From Enoplolaimus lenunculus (lineage: Eukaryota), in assembly GCA_030248215.1 (NCBI GenBank), contig JASANG010002092.1:1-64000 (forward strand): 64,000 nucleotides of DNA. The letters are read 5' to 3'. The notes under the pieces are model-generated. The model was not told where the DNA came from and did not search any database. It saw only the letters and a program-made list of their open reading frames with translations. Position 1 is the stretch's first letter; each line of letters opens with the position of its first letter. Of the stretch, positions 24,903 to 38,942 are shown piece after piece. A program made the position numbers and the translations under genes.

Positions 24903-27799
24903 CTGAAAATATATACAAATCCAAAATTAATAATTTTTGTGTCGTACGTTTGAGAAAAATTTGTTCAAAATTCCAGTTTTGAGATTATCAAAAAAATTTT
25001 TACCGGGCGTGCATAATACATTCAACGCAAGCTACTGTGGTCGATACTACTTTCAAGGCCGTCTTGGTTTCTGATGGGTCTGTAAAAGAGTAGGCTTAGA
25101 TTCTAAACTGAGTACATTTTTGCTTACGCTTAGTAATGCACTTTTTTCAACACATACGCTTATAAATATGCTTAATCTACTGTAACGGCCCTAGAATTAA
25201 CATTGGCCGCAATTGCATTAGGTTCTACATCAAAAAAACTTGGCAAGAATTGAGACTATCAAACACTGAGTGACAGAGTGTATATTTTAACATTAATTAC
25301 AATAATGAACGCGCGTTACATTAAGCCAACGTATGAAGCTTAACATTAAGCTATTTTAAACAATAGCGCATGCACAAATACATATGCGCGTTTCTCACAA
25401 CAATAGACGTACATTTCGTGGGTATGATAACAGACAAGAGTTCCTCAAAACGTTGTTCCGCGCTATCCAGCTGTTAACGTTCCTGGCTTTGAGACAATTT
25501 TACCAACAGGGCACAGTTCAAAATTAGTCAAAAAAAACCATTCAAAATATACATTAAACAAATAATTGTCAATAAACAACCTGAAGTTTTGAACAACTTC
25601 GACATGCTTCGCCGCCTACTGCGTTAGGTATGTACAGTACTGTGTGACTTGCTATGTGATCAGCGAATCCGACTATATTGCATTTGTGTATCATAGAATC
25701 AAGGCATCATTTTGATTGACAACAAAAAGGCACTGCATTGAATTGTGAGCAGCATATACAACAGACAACCGGTAATATACAGATAGATTACGACGATACT
25801 GCGAGACCAACAAAAATAGTAGTATATACCAAAGCGCAATGCAAGCAATTGCAGAGCACACTACTGAACAGCAGTTTGATTATGAATTAACAACAATAAA
25901 TCAGATCCATAGTACGCTTGTTTTAAGTTTTATTTACAAAGAAATTGGTACAAAAACTGAAAGAAATCATGACCAAATATAGAACTGCTTTCTGTCGAAC
26001 ACTTCGTGTACTTCAATTCACAGTTCCGAACCGTAGCTGCACGTTTGTAGGTCTCCCAATACTACGCAAAAGGGGGCGGGGAGTTTTTCATTAACAATCA
26101 AACTTTTTAAGTTAATTTTATGCTTTTTTTCAAGGGGCTGCTGCCTCTCTGACCCCTACGTAATTTGAAAGGACTGGACTAATCGAAACTCCAAATGTGT
26201 TAAACGTTGCACATTACCATACGTATAATGGTATATACTTGTTTAGTTCCTTATACACTAATGGGGAATTTGATAAATGAAAAATCCTCCGTTCCACGTT
26301 GGCAGAGTAGTGTAGTATGGGCTCGTTTTACTTTGAAATCATCACGGCTGCCCCGCGCCATAAACCACAAACAATGTCAAGGAACCGTAGGATGGGGGGG
26401 TGGCGTTCGCCCCGTACTAAGCGGTTCCCATACTAGAGTTGCAAAGGGCGAAGCAAACAAAACAAGAAACAACCATATAAGTTGCTACATAAACCAAAAC
26501 TTATTTTATAAATTAACTCCGTCCGAAACACAGCAACCCAACATGACAGTTGGCAGTCGCCAATATATACTGTAGCAAAACGATATATATCATTTTCCAG
26601 TTCCGTTTCCCGTAATTTTTTCAAATTCCGGTTTTGGTTCCGGTAATTGTAACTACACGCTTACGCAAAAGGTACATATAATTTGAAGTTTAGAGTGTAC
26701 TTCGCTGGCCCCGGCCAAAATCCTGGACCCGGAACATCTCTAATATATATGTGTGAAAAACAATCATTCGAATACATAAAAACAATGGTTTTGGTCAATA
26801 GGATGAGTAGCAGCAATATTACACAAGACAAAGAAACATACGTAATATTTAGCTTTTGCACACCACCGACTATATGTCTCAACCACCCATTCTTCATACC
26901 ACGTCATATTTAGTACACAAGATTTAAACAAACACGAGTGCAGTTTCTTTAACAAAAACACGAAACTCAAACTAGATCGCCAGGAAACACTGCTCAAATC
27001 AGGGGCGTGTCAAGATGGACCAATCAGAAGGCCGAAGGCCGGCGCTTCAATCGAAAGTCATTTCCGATGTCATGTTCACACTGCATGGTTTAACCATGAT
27101 TCACGAGTCGTCAATTTTGTCTTAACACCCAACTTTATAGTCGTTATTTTCGATGCAGACCCTGTCCAAACCAAGTTCCTGGCTACGCCATTAGCGTATA
27201 TAAATACGCGTCATGAACAACAAGCACAAGACAACGACTGTGAACTCAGGCATGCATGCATGATTTATTTTTAGCTGTTCAAGCTTGCGCAAAGTTGATT
27301 TTTCAGCGTACGCACTAACAAAATGACTCAAAACGAGAGCAATATTATAGGCGCTCGTTTACGAAATAGCATTGTTAACAACCTGATCACGGTTAAAACG
27401 CTTGTTTTGATTTTTTTTGAATAATTTTATAAAGACTACTAGTGGGTGATTATTTAAACTAGAATTTAGGAATTTGATAAAGAGAATACTCAGATGCATT
27501 GCAAAAAGTGCTGATTCAAACGAATTTTTAAGAATACATATATTACCTCACTGTTTTCTCATAATTTGATTAACGAAGACTCCAAAAAGATACGTACATA
27601 TTCTTAAGCATTAAAACAGAATAGGTACTCATTTTAGAAAATAAGCCAGCGTAAGAATAAAAACTCGAACCGGGCCCAGAAATACGATCATACCCTGCTT
27701 AGCCCATTCATGTACTAGGTCATCGAAATCTCAAGACATTTTTCAACTTATACCACTACCACATTTTGTCACTTTGTTGAAACCAGGCAAACTCAAAGC

Positions 27800-28177
27800 T
27801 AGGGAACGACCGGGTCCAAAAATTTGCATTTACCGGATCCGAATCCGGATCTTAAAATTCAGATCCGGCCCGGATCCGGATCTTACTAGCTGGATAATTT
27901 TTCAAATCCTAACGTATATAAAATGGAAAAAGTTCAACTGATTCTTTCGCAAAATTAGTCAACAAAAGTTACAACTAAAAAAAGAAGTCCTTAAAATTTT
28001 TATTAACCTGACAGTGCTTATTAAATTACTTACGCATAGTTGAAAAACATATGTACACCAATTTTGGTATGTTTTTGTTTGTATATCAAATTTCGGATAA
28101 GGAGATCCGGTAGTTTATTTTAGCAGATCCGGATCTTAAAAATTGCAGAGATCCGGCCCGGATCCGGTCGATCCCTA
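27800..28177. mobile_element. hAT-type MITE
   Basis: TIR TAGGGAACGACCGG … CCGGTCGATCCCTA, perfect 8-bp TSD CTCAAAGC (27792-27799, 28178-28185), subterminal GATCCG repeats. Confidence 0.92.
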
Positions 28178-31100
28178 CTCAAAGCATTGCAAAGTTGTAT
28201 GCAACTGTCACTACGAAATAATTCGTCTTATACGTTACTAATCATTAAATTATTATATTCACTTTCAACCCCTATTTACGCAAGTCCTGCCCAAGTATTT
28301 TGCATGCATATTGCATACCTACGTAACACAACAAATCTAGCGTCAACTATATACAACCTCAATATTTCGCGTAGAACCCCTGCTGATTTTTAACAATCAA
28401 ATCGTGTACAATTTCAAATGTAATAAACATGAAACCACAAAAACAAAAATTGTGCAATTATGCAAACTGTCATTCTCAGTCACATTCTTCAGTTCATACG
28501 TAACTAAACAAAACTAATTTCGTCTGCATACAAGAAAACACATATGTTAGTACGTTATGTATATATGTTGTAGACCAATCTGCTATTCAGGCCAGTTACC
28601 AATTAGCCTAAGCCAATCTGCTATTTGAAGCAAACAGCAGTTTAGTCTTGGCCAAATAGCGAATGTGCGATGTCGAAACGCAAAATAACATAACAGTTAT
28701 GTAAGACCAACGCTGATTGATCAACGGTATTGTGTCGTCCAAGTAACAATATCTGATTGGTCTGTAAGTTCAATTGCCGTTTAACCCAGGTCAAACTGCT
28801 ATATTGACATAGGCCAATTATTAATTGGCAATTAGTAATTGGCTTGACAGTAGATTGGCATAGGACATATATGTATGTACGACGCACATATATCAGAGAT
28901 TCAGCGTTATGTAAACGATTACTGGAAATAACATAATCAGATATGTCCAGATATCAAGGTTCCAACAGGGACTAAATTTTGCCGGAAAAGGAACAGGCAT
29001 CGAATTTTTTTGCAGAACCGGAACAGGAAGCCGAACTAGAAATAATTTTCATCACCGAATTACTGGTGCACTTTTTACAAAACTTGCCAAAAATGGCTTA
29101 CGCAAATTTTCAGCTATTTCATGATCAAATTTGGCAAAAACATGCCATAAACAGTTTATTAACAAAATTGGACTAAATAGCAAAAACATTCATTTCGATA
29201 TAACATTTTTTCAAAAACAGTTTCCAATATTTAAATGATTGTGAATAAATTGCTACAAAACATTAAAAATACCGTTACTGCATCTTTGAATGCAGGAACA
29301 GGAACAGGAATTGAATTTTTGCAAGAATTATGCCTGGAGCAGAAATTTTGGATAATCCCTGCCAGATATGATATAAAAGTGTTCTAAAATTATTGTTATT
29401 ATCCAGGCTTACCAAGACATGGTGTAGGCAAAGACTCTTGCACACTCCACTCACTATTTTCAAAATTTTCAAATTTTCGCAGAACTTAGAATTAGGCTAA
29501 GGCCTAGATTGTCGGTTAGGTTAGTTGAGGCATAGCCTTAGGTTTGAGCTTGTTACATATTATATATAAATGTTTCATAAAACACCAAAAAGAAGAAATT
29601 TTACTCTATATATACCTGGAGTTTATTTGCTTCGCTATATACATATTCCACGGATATTAGTGATTTTTAAGTACATGCTGTCTTTTCCTTAATAAACCTA
29701 ATCAATTCAGTCGAACGATCTGAAATACAGATACGTATATAATCAAATCGAGACCCTGTCTAGTAGATTACAGTTTAATTGAATTTCAATCTACAGCGGT
29801 CCTACCAATATGAAAATATTTGCCATCCGGCATCCAGACAGCTGGACTAAACGTCGTTGGTGGTGGTTAATTTTACTTGAGGATGAAACGCAATATTCCA
29901 TAATTTCCAGGCATATAAAACACTAGTCTACTTGAATTCCGTCACCCGACAACTTATAGCCCTCGAGCGACCTATAGCTTATTAATATATCATTACATAA
30001 TCCTAAGCATAAACCTAAACCTAAACCTAATAAGGGGCTATGAATTGTCGAGTCGATAAAATGTCGGATTACACGTTGCCGGGCGATGAATTCTCGTGAT
30101 ACCATAAAACACACGGGTGCCGGAATATAAATAGATCGCGTTTTCTCCCTTTCGAATACATTTAACTGGGTTTCCTAATTGAGCATTCCAAACGTAAGAA
30201 AAACATCCCTTCCTTGTTCAAATCCGCGCCCAAATGGCTTTAACATCGAAATTTAATAGCCAAATATACAAATAAATCAACAGATACATTATACGTACGT
30301 AGTAAACTACATATATATATATGCCAAAATCATACACTTGAACTTTACGTTCCCATTGCGGCCCCAAAAACCAATGAGCATATTCTGGGCCAGTGCGAAA
30401 AACAAACCAAAGTTTATTTGTTTATTTTTAATGAACCTAAATAGTATAATATATACGAATACATATATACATACTATATATACCTCCTTAGAGATTTAGC
30501 AAAGTCCATTTTTCAGAAAGCGATAAATTTATGAATGACTGTAGCTTTCGTACGTTTCGAGAAATACTTCTCGCGTTGTGCGCATTGTCAATTGTTATGG
30601 CAAACTAAAAAAAGGTTCCGCATGGATATATCAAACCAATGCCATATTTCAACCATAAAATCAACGAACCTACTAGTCGAGCAGGGCGCAAAGCGGAACT
30701 AGATTATACCGGAATGCGAATCCGAATCGCAACTAGAAATTTTGACTGCACGGATAATTTGTATTGACAAATATCATGTTGATTTAGGGTGTCTGTTGGC
30801 CGGCAACAATTTTCACAAAGGTTGCACGAACAAGTTGGCCATGATTTTTGGTTCAGTAAAAGCTAATCTACAATCAATTATTGATAAGTTAACTCATCAA
30901 AGCAATTAAATAGATAAATAATACAGAATTTTTATGCAACGTAGCACAATAATCGTAATCGGAACTCGTTTTGAATCGGAATTCTAATCGGAATCGGAAT
31001 TCCGGTTGCACGCTAGTGTAGAGCCTATCACAATTCGAGTTGTCCGACTGCGTACAAAACATAAGCCTAAGTATAAGTCGGCGCTTTTACAGTTCCCCCT

Positions 31101-31850
31101 CGAACGAATCTACGAGCGTACGACAATTCATTGCCCGTGTCCAAAACTTAAGCCTAAGCATAAGTCGGCACTTTTGTAGTTTAGTTTCCCCCACACACTA
31201 TACTACACAAATCTGCAGACGCAGAGGAAACCATTTCACCAACAACCAAATTTTTTGCGTTAATTTTGCGCTATTATTTAGCAAGGAGGCTGCTGCCCCA
31301 CTGAATCCGCACATTTTAAAAAGACACTAATCAGAAAATGGGGGTATAGCCACGACGCCTTTCCCCCACGTCAAGCAATTTATTACCTATTGAGCGGCGA
31401 CATTTTGGATTACACGTTGTCGGGCGACGAGTTGTCGTAATACTAAAGTGAAAACTGCAACACGAAATGTGCGATACTTGAGTAAAGTATATTCAAAACT
31501 TACACTCACTATAATTAATTCCTGCCTCTATGACCACAGACAAGAACGGGTCTTGAACATTTTTCACACATTCAATCGTATAGCTTCTTAGACCTAAATT
31601 AGGAACCAAGTTCTACATGTGTCTAAGGCTTAAGCCTAAGCCGTTTCCTAAGCCTACAACAGCTTAGGCCTTAAACGTTGTATGGGGGTAAAGAGTACAA
31701 AAGCCCAGGAGAACGTTAATATGCCAACTCTGGGTTAAAGCTACCGAAAAGTTAAACGTTCTAAAAATGTGGCTATGGCTCTTTTCAGTTAACTTGATTT
31801 TTTTCACTTTGTAACTTCATAACATACCCTTGATAGCAAAACCTAATTAA

Positions 31851-32085
31851 CAGGGTTCCACCGGAATTCCTGTTACGACCGGTTCAATTTTGTTAATTAA
31901 TGACTTGTTTCTGATGTGTTTTCACAAAACTTGATGTTGAAATAGCTGAAAATTCGTTTATTGACAAGTTTTCTAAAATGTGTCACAGTAATTCGGTGAT
32001 GAATACTATTTCCAATTCCGGTTCCTGTTCTTGCAAAGCAATTCATTTCCTGTTCCGATAAAACTTTGTTCCAGTTGAAACCCTG
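31851..32085. mobile_element. hAT-type MITE (CAGGGTT family; partial relatives near 23833 and 28955)
   Basis: CAGGGTTCCACCGG … CCAGTTGAAACCCTG with flanks CTAATTAA / CTAATTTC (6/8). Confidence 0.7.
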
Positions 32086-33216
32086 CTAATTTCCCATTTC
32101 ATTATCTTTTTCTTGCTGCTTGTTAGTTGAGTAGACAACAATCAAAGGGCTTCGCTTACAGACGCTCCCCCGTCTCAAAGTTAATTTCAAACCACGTTTA
32201 CGATATTAATAAACCGTTCTACGCTGTGATCAGACCACATTCCAAATCGTCACAATTTGCTTCTTCTACACAGCAAAATAAACATTGTCCAGTGATTTAC
32301 GCGTTGTGGCCAGCAAATACACCGTCACCAATTAAAATGCTTTGCACTCGAAAAAGAAAGCCTTTGTATGCAAACTTTGACGATATATATAACATAACAC
32401 TTTACGTACCTCATTATATACCTACACGTCTTGCTGTGCGCGTCAACTTGCAATCTCCGTTTAGTTGTTTTCAGTATATACGTATAAAGTATAACAAATT
32501 TTCAACGCCTAGTGCTACCACGATGATTGAAATTGGTACAGTATATATATACTATATATACTACGAAGCGGCACCGAATACATATTGGGGCTTTTTCGAT
32601 TATACCCCAGCCGGCGTTTGCACAAAACTGATTGAAGTTAAAACATTTTTGCATATTTGAGCTTTTCATGACTTCCACTGATCTTGTACGCCTCCCTTGC
32701 CTTGGCATGGAAAAAATGTCAAAAATACCAAACTGTTGTTACATAAAATAGCAGATTGGCCTACAGCATACGTATAAACTTACTGTGTATTAAAACGTAA
32801 GGTACATATGCTTTTCCAGACAATTCGTGAGCTAGTGGTTGGATTCCAGTGTATGTAAGCTCAATAGACTGAGCTCGCCAAGCTCTGTCGATGTATATGA
32901 AGATTACAGAATTTTCTGACAAATTTTTTCCGTGTTAAAGGGTGACCTTGGGACCTTAAAATCGAATTTTTCAAAAACCGAAAATTGAAAGTGCAAAAAT
33001 CAGGGGAGGTCATAAGGAAACTCAAATATGCGAAAATTTGCAGTCAAACCACTTTTGGCTTCGCCTTCTGAGGGATAAAAGAAAAGACCGGATTTGCTCA
33101 CCTTCGGTTGCTCCATACTGCCAATATTTAACATAAAAGAAACAAATGCTTTGACAACAACAATAAAAACATTCAAAACCAATATATTCCGTTGCTCAAA
33201 CTTTGAACAAGCTTTT

Positions 33217-33545
33217 GCGACCAATTAATTTTCAGGACTTATCACCAAAGTTACGGGCGACCAATTAATTTTCAGGACTTATCACCAAAGTTACGGGCGA
33301 CCAATTAATTTTCAGGACTTTTCACCAAAGTTACAGGCGACCAATTAATTTTCAGGACTTATCACCAAAGTTACGGGCGACCAATTAATTTTCAGGACTT
33401 ATCACCAACGTTACGGATGACCAATTACCTAATTTTCAGGACTTAACACCAAAGTTACGGGCGACCAATTAGTTTTCAGAACTTATCACCAAAGTTACGG
33501 ATGACCAAAAATACCTAATTTTCTAGACTTATCAGCAAAGTTCCG
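33217..33545. repeat. Tandem repeat, 40-bp unit, about 8 copies
   Basis: GCGACCAATTAATTTTCAGGACTTATCACCAAAGTTACGG repeated head-to-tail, degenerating rightwards. Confidence 0.95.
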
Positions 33546-35462
33546 CGGATCAATAATCCCGATTTTTTCAAGTATTTCTAGGATTATTCTTGTACAAACT
33601 CTTCATTGTTATTTTTCAGGGTTTGCGGAACATTCAATACCAAACACTAGTTCACAGTCTTCATAAACAGAATAAGATACGTATAGAAATACGTACTTCA
33701 CACACCGTAAGCCTACGTACTTATAAAAACGTACATACGCAAACGCAGCATAGGCTTAAACAAGGTTGTGAAAATTGAGAGCATGACGTGTTCCATGAAA
33801 AATGTCGAGGTGTGACGTAAGTGGTTCTTGCATTAAAAACTGGAACAGTGTCTAAAAACGCCGGCACAAATCCAAATAAAAGGTTCACACCTGAAACTAG
33901 AGCTGCAAGATTTAAAAATAAATACACAGGCTCTGAATTTTACAAAGTCAAAACCCGGACCCTCAAAATCGGACTCTATATATAAAGTTTTGGGTAAGCG
34001 TGTCAAAAATAAAATGAAACGGAAACATAATGCGTAAGCATAAAAAATGAAGTCAACGTGATGGTTGGTGGCTAATTACCCTAAATGTATGGATCAAGCA
34101 TCCCAAACCTCCCTCCCCCAGTGGTTCCACCTATGCTGCGGGGTCCAGTGGCGGATCTATGATTTTTCGATTAATTTTGCGTATCTCCGTTGGGGGGTCC
34201 ATCTAGATGACATCAAAAATATCAATGCAATGTTCTGTTATAATTCCAGTACAAAACTTCATTTGGAACGCGACCGCTTGGTACAAATATATGTAATTCA
34301 AGAATCATTTTAGTCCGGGTATTTTTACAATACATCAACCAACCAAATAAACAAGCAAACTAACAAAACAAAACAAAACAAACATACACCATAAAACAAA
34401 TAATCAAACCAAACAGAACAAACAAAACAACCACTTATAGTATTGCCAAGTATAGTACAGAGCAAAACCGCACCATTTGAAAAGACCAACATGCACAGCA
34501 AACACTACAATTATTGTCCACTCACTTCCGACCTACTAAACAACCACAACTGCCATTAATTTCGAATATAATATAGTACAACGTCTCAAGATCACTCAAC
34601 CCTAGACAGTATGTTTGCCGATCCGCCGCTAAAAGCTAATTTTAAAATGTTCTTCAAATATATTACAAAATGTTCTTCAACGTCGACAGTTTACGTACTA
34701 CATATATATGCATACAATTTAATTTTACATTCCAACTTCTTCAAAGTATTAAACAACCTTGCATTTAAACTATTGTTTACACAATGCAATTTCGTTGTGA
34801 TTCTAAAAGTTTTACTACTAAACTACGTATTCGTTTGCCAATTTACTGGGTTTACACCAAACTCATATGTTTGAGATCGAGTATTGTCGACTGCGGATTC
34901 AGAATATTTACCAAAAAGACTTGAGATTGAAACTAAAATGTTTTTACAACGACCAAATTGGCAAATTGTTGACGGGTACTAAGAGTGGGGTTCTTATTTT
35001 GAACATGAATCAATACGAGCCTATATTCCTAATTATGAACCCGTAAATGAATGAAGTTAAAAACCATTAACTAGTTCACAACCATCAATTTCAATAGACT
35101 GCGTAAATGCTTCTTGGACCAAATTAAGTTTAGCATAACATTTGACTCATTACCTGCTCAAAGTATAATGCTACCTACTGTTAGCAGCGTGCTCAAGTTT
35201 TAAACGTATATTCCAACAGTGATGAACAGAAAACAGCTGGCATAAGTTAAACGTATGTTGTCTGAACAACTGAAGCCAAATGGAAAAATAAACAGCAGCC
35301 TGGATCCGAAAAGCGAGGGGCATGTTTGACGCCGCATACATACGTAAAGTGCTATGCATCGCACCTGTACCCTCTCTAAATACAGGGGTGGAGGCCAAAA
35401 ACGCAACGCGTGCCGGGTACATTCTTTTCTACACAGAATGCACCCATTTATATAAATATGTA

Positions 35463-35820
35463 ATAGTAGATGAAGGGTTTATTAGATTGCTCAACATCCA
35501 CAATGTTTCGCATGTAAAAGCAAAAACACCATGAATCACGGTCCCTGCAGGCTATTGAATAATTTGCTACCAGGATTGAACCAACAAACGGCAAAGATAC
35601 GCAATCGATAAGCTGTTTTGCATACTGTTGTTGAAGTATGCATTATCCACTCTTGATCTTACTTATATACCAGTAAATGATGGGTTTATCAGATTGCTCA
35701 ACATCCACTAAGTTCCGCATGTAAAAGATAAAACACCATGAATCACAGTCCCTGTAGGCTATTGAATAATTTGCTTCCAAGATTAAACCAACAAACGGCA
35801 AAGATACGCAATCGATAAGC
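35463..35820. repeat. Direct duplication of about 150 bp (35463-35613 and 35672-35820)
   Basis: Both copies carry AGATTGCTCAACATCCAC…AACACCATGAATCAC…CCAACAAACGGCAAAGATACGCAATCGATAAGC. Confidence 0.9.
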
Positions 35821-35970
35821 GTTCAGCTTATATTGATGTGTACATAATATATATACGTAATGTATATTATTCTACATAAACATGTTTAGCAACGCAACCT
35901 CAAAACCAATGTAGACCGGACCGCTGGAAAATTTTTCGACCGACCCTTGGTGCTTCACATGACTACTTAC

Positions 35971-35974
35971 CCAT
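35971..35974 (-). CDS. unc-115: Candidate start-codon exon (ATG G) of unc-115
   Basis: The first LIM exon needs a phase-1 upstream exon. The minus strand reads AAATGG|GTAAGT, a consensus donor that gives M-G-K-V-K-C. Confidence 0.5.
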
Positions 35975-38869
35975 TTCGTTATTGCCACAACACCGAATAA
36001 TTCCAAATTAAAATATAATACATATGTAAGACTCCAGTAATAATGTCCTAATTTAAACATATACGTAACGATGGACGCACCACTGGAATCAAAAGGACTT
36101 TTGAACTACACGGGCAAAAAACGTTAAAACACCACTGCCAATCAAAATCCGAATTGTTTCAAAACCAAAACTTGCTTACAACTCCTATGCTGTCAAACTA
36201 AAACACTCGATACTGTCGACCCGGAAGAAACTCTATGTCTACAATACAAAACAAAACCAAGTACATGCCCTTAAAACGGTATTAACCGCACAGCTTAGAT
36301 TCGTTTTACATACTCTCGTTTTCTAAAACCGGAATCACGGACCAGAAAAATTGGTGACAGCTGCTGACAATAGAAATATATACTTTATACTTAGAAAACC
36401 TTAAATATCTACGTATATACGTATCTGAATGCATACATAACTGATGTCCTTTCAGCAATTGCTGGCCTTGTCAAAACGTCTACTTGGGCGCGGCGGACAG
36501 CCTTTAAAAATATCTGAATAACTGTAACATATGCAAAAAAGCCCTGTAGTATAGTGAACCGCTTAAGCATTAGGTAATTAATCTCTTCAGCTTAATTGCA
36601 GCTTCCCTCAGACATATTTCTTCCTAATGCACGTAACGCACGTACGTACGTATTGCAACATTGGTGTGCACGTAACCAATATCTGGCTTCATTTCTTAAA
36701 AATGGCGTCACAAATTTCTACAGAAAGATAAACTGAAATCGATCTTGTTTACTTAAACCCAGTAACTTATGCTTTGTGTTCTGCAAAAACAAACACCGGT
36801 CTTAGGCTTAAATTAAAAGTAAAATCTGAAGATCGAATGGCGTATTGCTATCATTACTTAGCAATTTGCACTGCAATATAAATACTATAATTAATCACAT
36901 GACCAGTCAGATAACTTATTTATGTATTAAATTATACGTGTACACTATACATTACCTTCGCAATAAAATTTATCACTTGGCCATATGCCTTCTGCACAAT
37001 CACGCTACATATCTGACATCAGCAACTATAGGAAATAACTTGCCATTTATATTCACTGAATCGATGCACTGCAAACAAACTTAAACTACACGTCTATATT
37101 CATCACTAAATGACTATATTTACATAAAATCATAACACGATACGCATCACTAGCCATCACATCACACAACATTAAGCAACAAGAAAAGCATTTTCTAATA
37201 TATTTCCAAAAATTACACAATATTCGTTATACAACACACCATTCTGAGAAAACGAAAGCTTATCTAAATATGTATACCACGAAGTACAGCAAAGTTTTCG
37301 TTCAGAATACATACGCACGTATACCACCATCAGTCCACTTCTATTATAACATGGTAAACCGACGGAGTGCTACATATAACGAAAACTTCATATTCATTTT
37401 AAGCGATATTGTTATCTGCACCTGTATTCCAACACCGAAGCCATAAGTTAAAACAATTTCCACTTACTAACTAAACTGTGGTTTTAAAACTTAATGCGCA
37501 CTTGTCGGTTATCCAAAAACATCCAATTTCGCATGTATTAATAATAACAGGGACATGAGAAGAATGCATTAACACCGTAATCGGATAAAACTGGACAAAG
37601 AATATACAAAATCCGCTGAAAACTGATTATAGATAGGTAATTGAACATGATCAACAAGCTTCATTTTCACGCATGCAGCGACATCTTACTAATTTCATCC
37701 CACGAGTATAGAATCGTCTGTTGTTGTTCGTCAATATTAGTCATCGCTCTACATTATTTATAGGTATTTAGATCGCGTTGAATATATATGCATATGAACG
37801 TAAAGCACGTACGTAAATGTTATCGCTTCTGAATTGATTACTTGGCGCTAGTGAAGCAGGAATGTAGAAAATCGGAGAAGCTCACTTTGCAATAATTGTG
37901 GTATTTTTGTGGTCAGCATAATCTGGGGATTTCAAAACTATATAACTAGATTACATTCCAAGAAAAAAGTATAATCGATTTTTTCGAATTTTTATGAGGG
38001 GGACTCTTGGCTTAAAAAATTCGAAAAAAGTTTTCTCTTGAAAGGTAAAAATTGAACATCATTTGAACCGCCTGGTCGAGATAATTTCACATTTGCAGTT
38101 TCCAAGTTTCCAGCTGAGCCGAGTACGACTTATAAGAAGCTATTTATTTTTGAGATAGTTCATTTTCACAAAAAATGGTTGTAAGCTTTTTAATGCGGGG
38201 GAAACTTCACCGCGCCCACATCACTTAATGGCCGAGGGGGAGGCACGCCAACCACTGAACAACTTTGTGGAAGGCTCTTCCCACCATGCCGCCGAGGCCA
38301 TTTACAGTTTAATTTGACTTTTAATAATACTGTGGTTTCTATTGTGGAACGGGAAGGGACGGCATATGCATTCGATCTGCCCCCACTCCGACCCCTCTCA
38401 AACAGCTAGCCTCTTGTCTTGCAAAACGCAAAGACAGCAATATTACGGTATAAAAATGTAGTACTCATCTCAGCTGTGAAATTCGACTCTTTCTTGGGAT
38501 TGTAAGGTTGGAAGTTTGCACAGTGAATGGCCAATGAGCGCAATTTGGAACGAGAGGGGGCATACGCATGCGATCTGCCTTCACTCCAACCGCTCCCCAC
38601 AGCTGGTCTCTCGTCTTGCAAAGCGTAAACAGGGATATTAAGGTACAAAAATGTACTCATCTCAGCTTTCAAATTCGGCTCTCACCAGCACCCCGCCCCG
38701 GTGGTGGGGGCTTGCTATCCTTCCACTTGCCCACAGTATAGGGAAACCCCAATTATAAGGAACCATTGGGTGAAAAATCGCAAAACATTTTTCTTGGGAT
38801 TGTAAGGTTGCACAGCCTTATGGGCAATGTGTGCAATTTTTATGTTAGTGCGAAGCAGATGAAACAATT

Positions 38870-38942
38870 GACCGCTGCTGAATTCGAACAAGCGACCCTC
38901 GGCTAACCGAGCCAACGCCCTTACCAATTAAGCTATCGTGGA
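38870..38942 (-). repeat. tRNA-derived Pol III head (SINE- or LTR-borne), not a functional tRNA
   Basis: Minus strand GATAGCTTAATTGGTAAGGGCG…CTCGGTTAGCCGAGGGTCGCTTGTTCGAATTC contains an A box and a B box but lacks a good cloverleaf. Confidence 0.6.

Noticed and set aside
32127..32660. 177-aa plus-strand ORF
   Set aside because: Non-ATG start, no motif, composition like non-coding AT-rich DNA, and antisense within the probable unc-115 intron.
32935..33000. TTAA-AGGG start of a Kolobok/piggyBac-like element
   Set aside because: No matching right end was found.
33217..33545. CRISPR-like array
   Set aside because: Units are contiguous 40-bp copies with no unique spacers, in a eukaryotic context with no cas genes.
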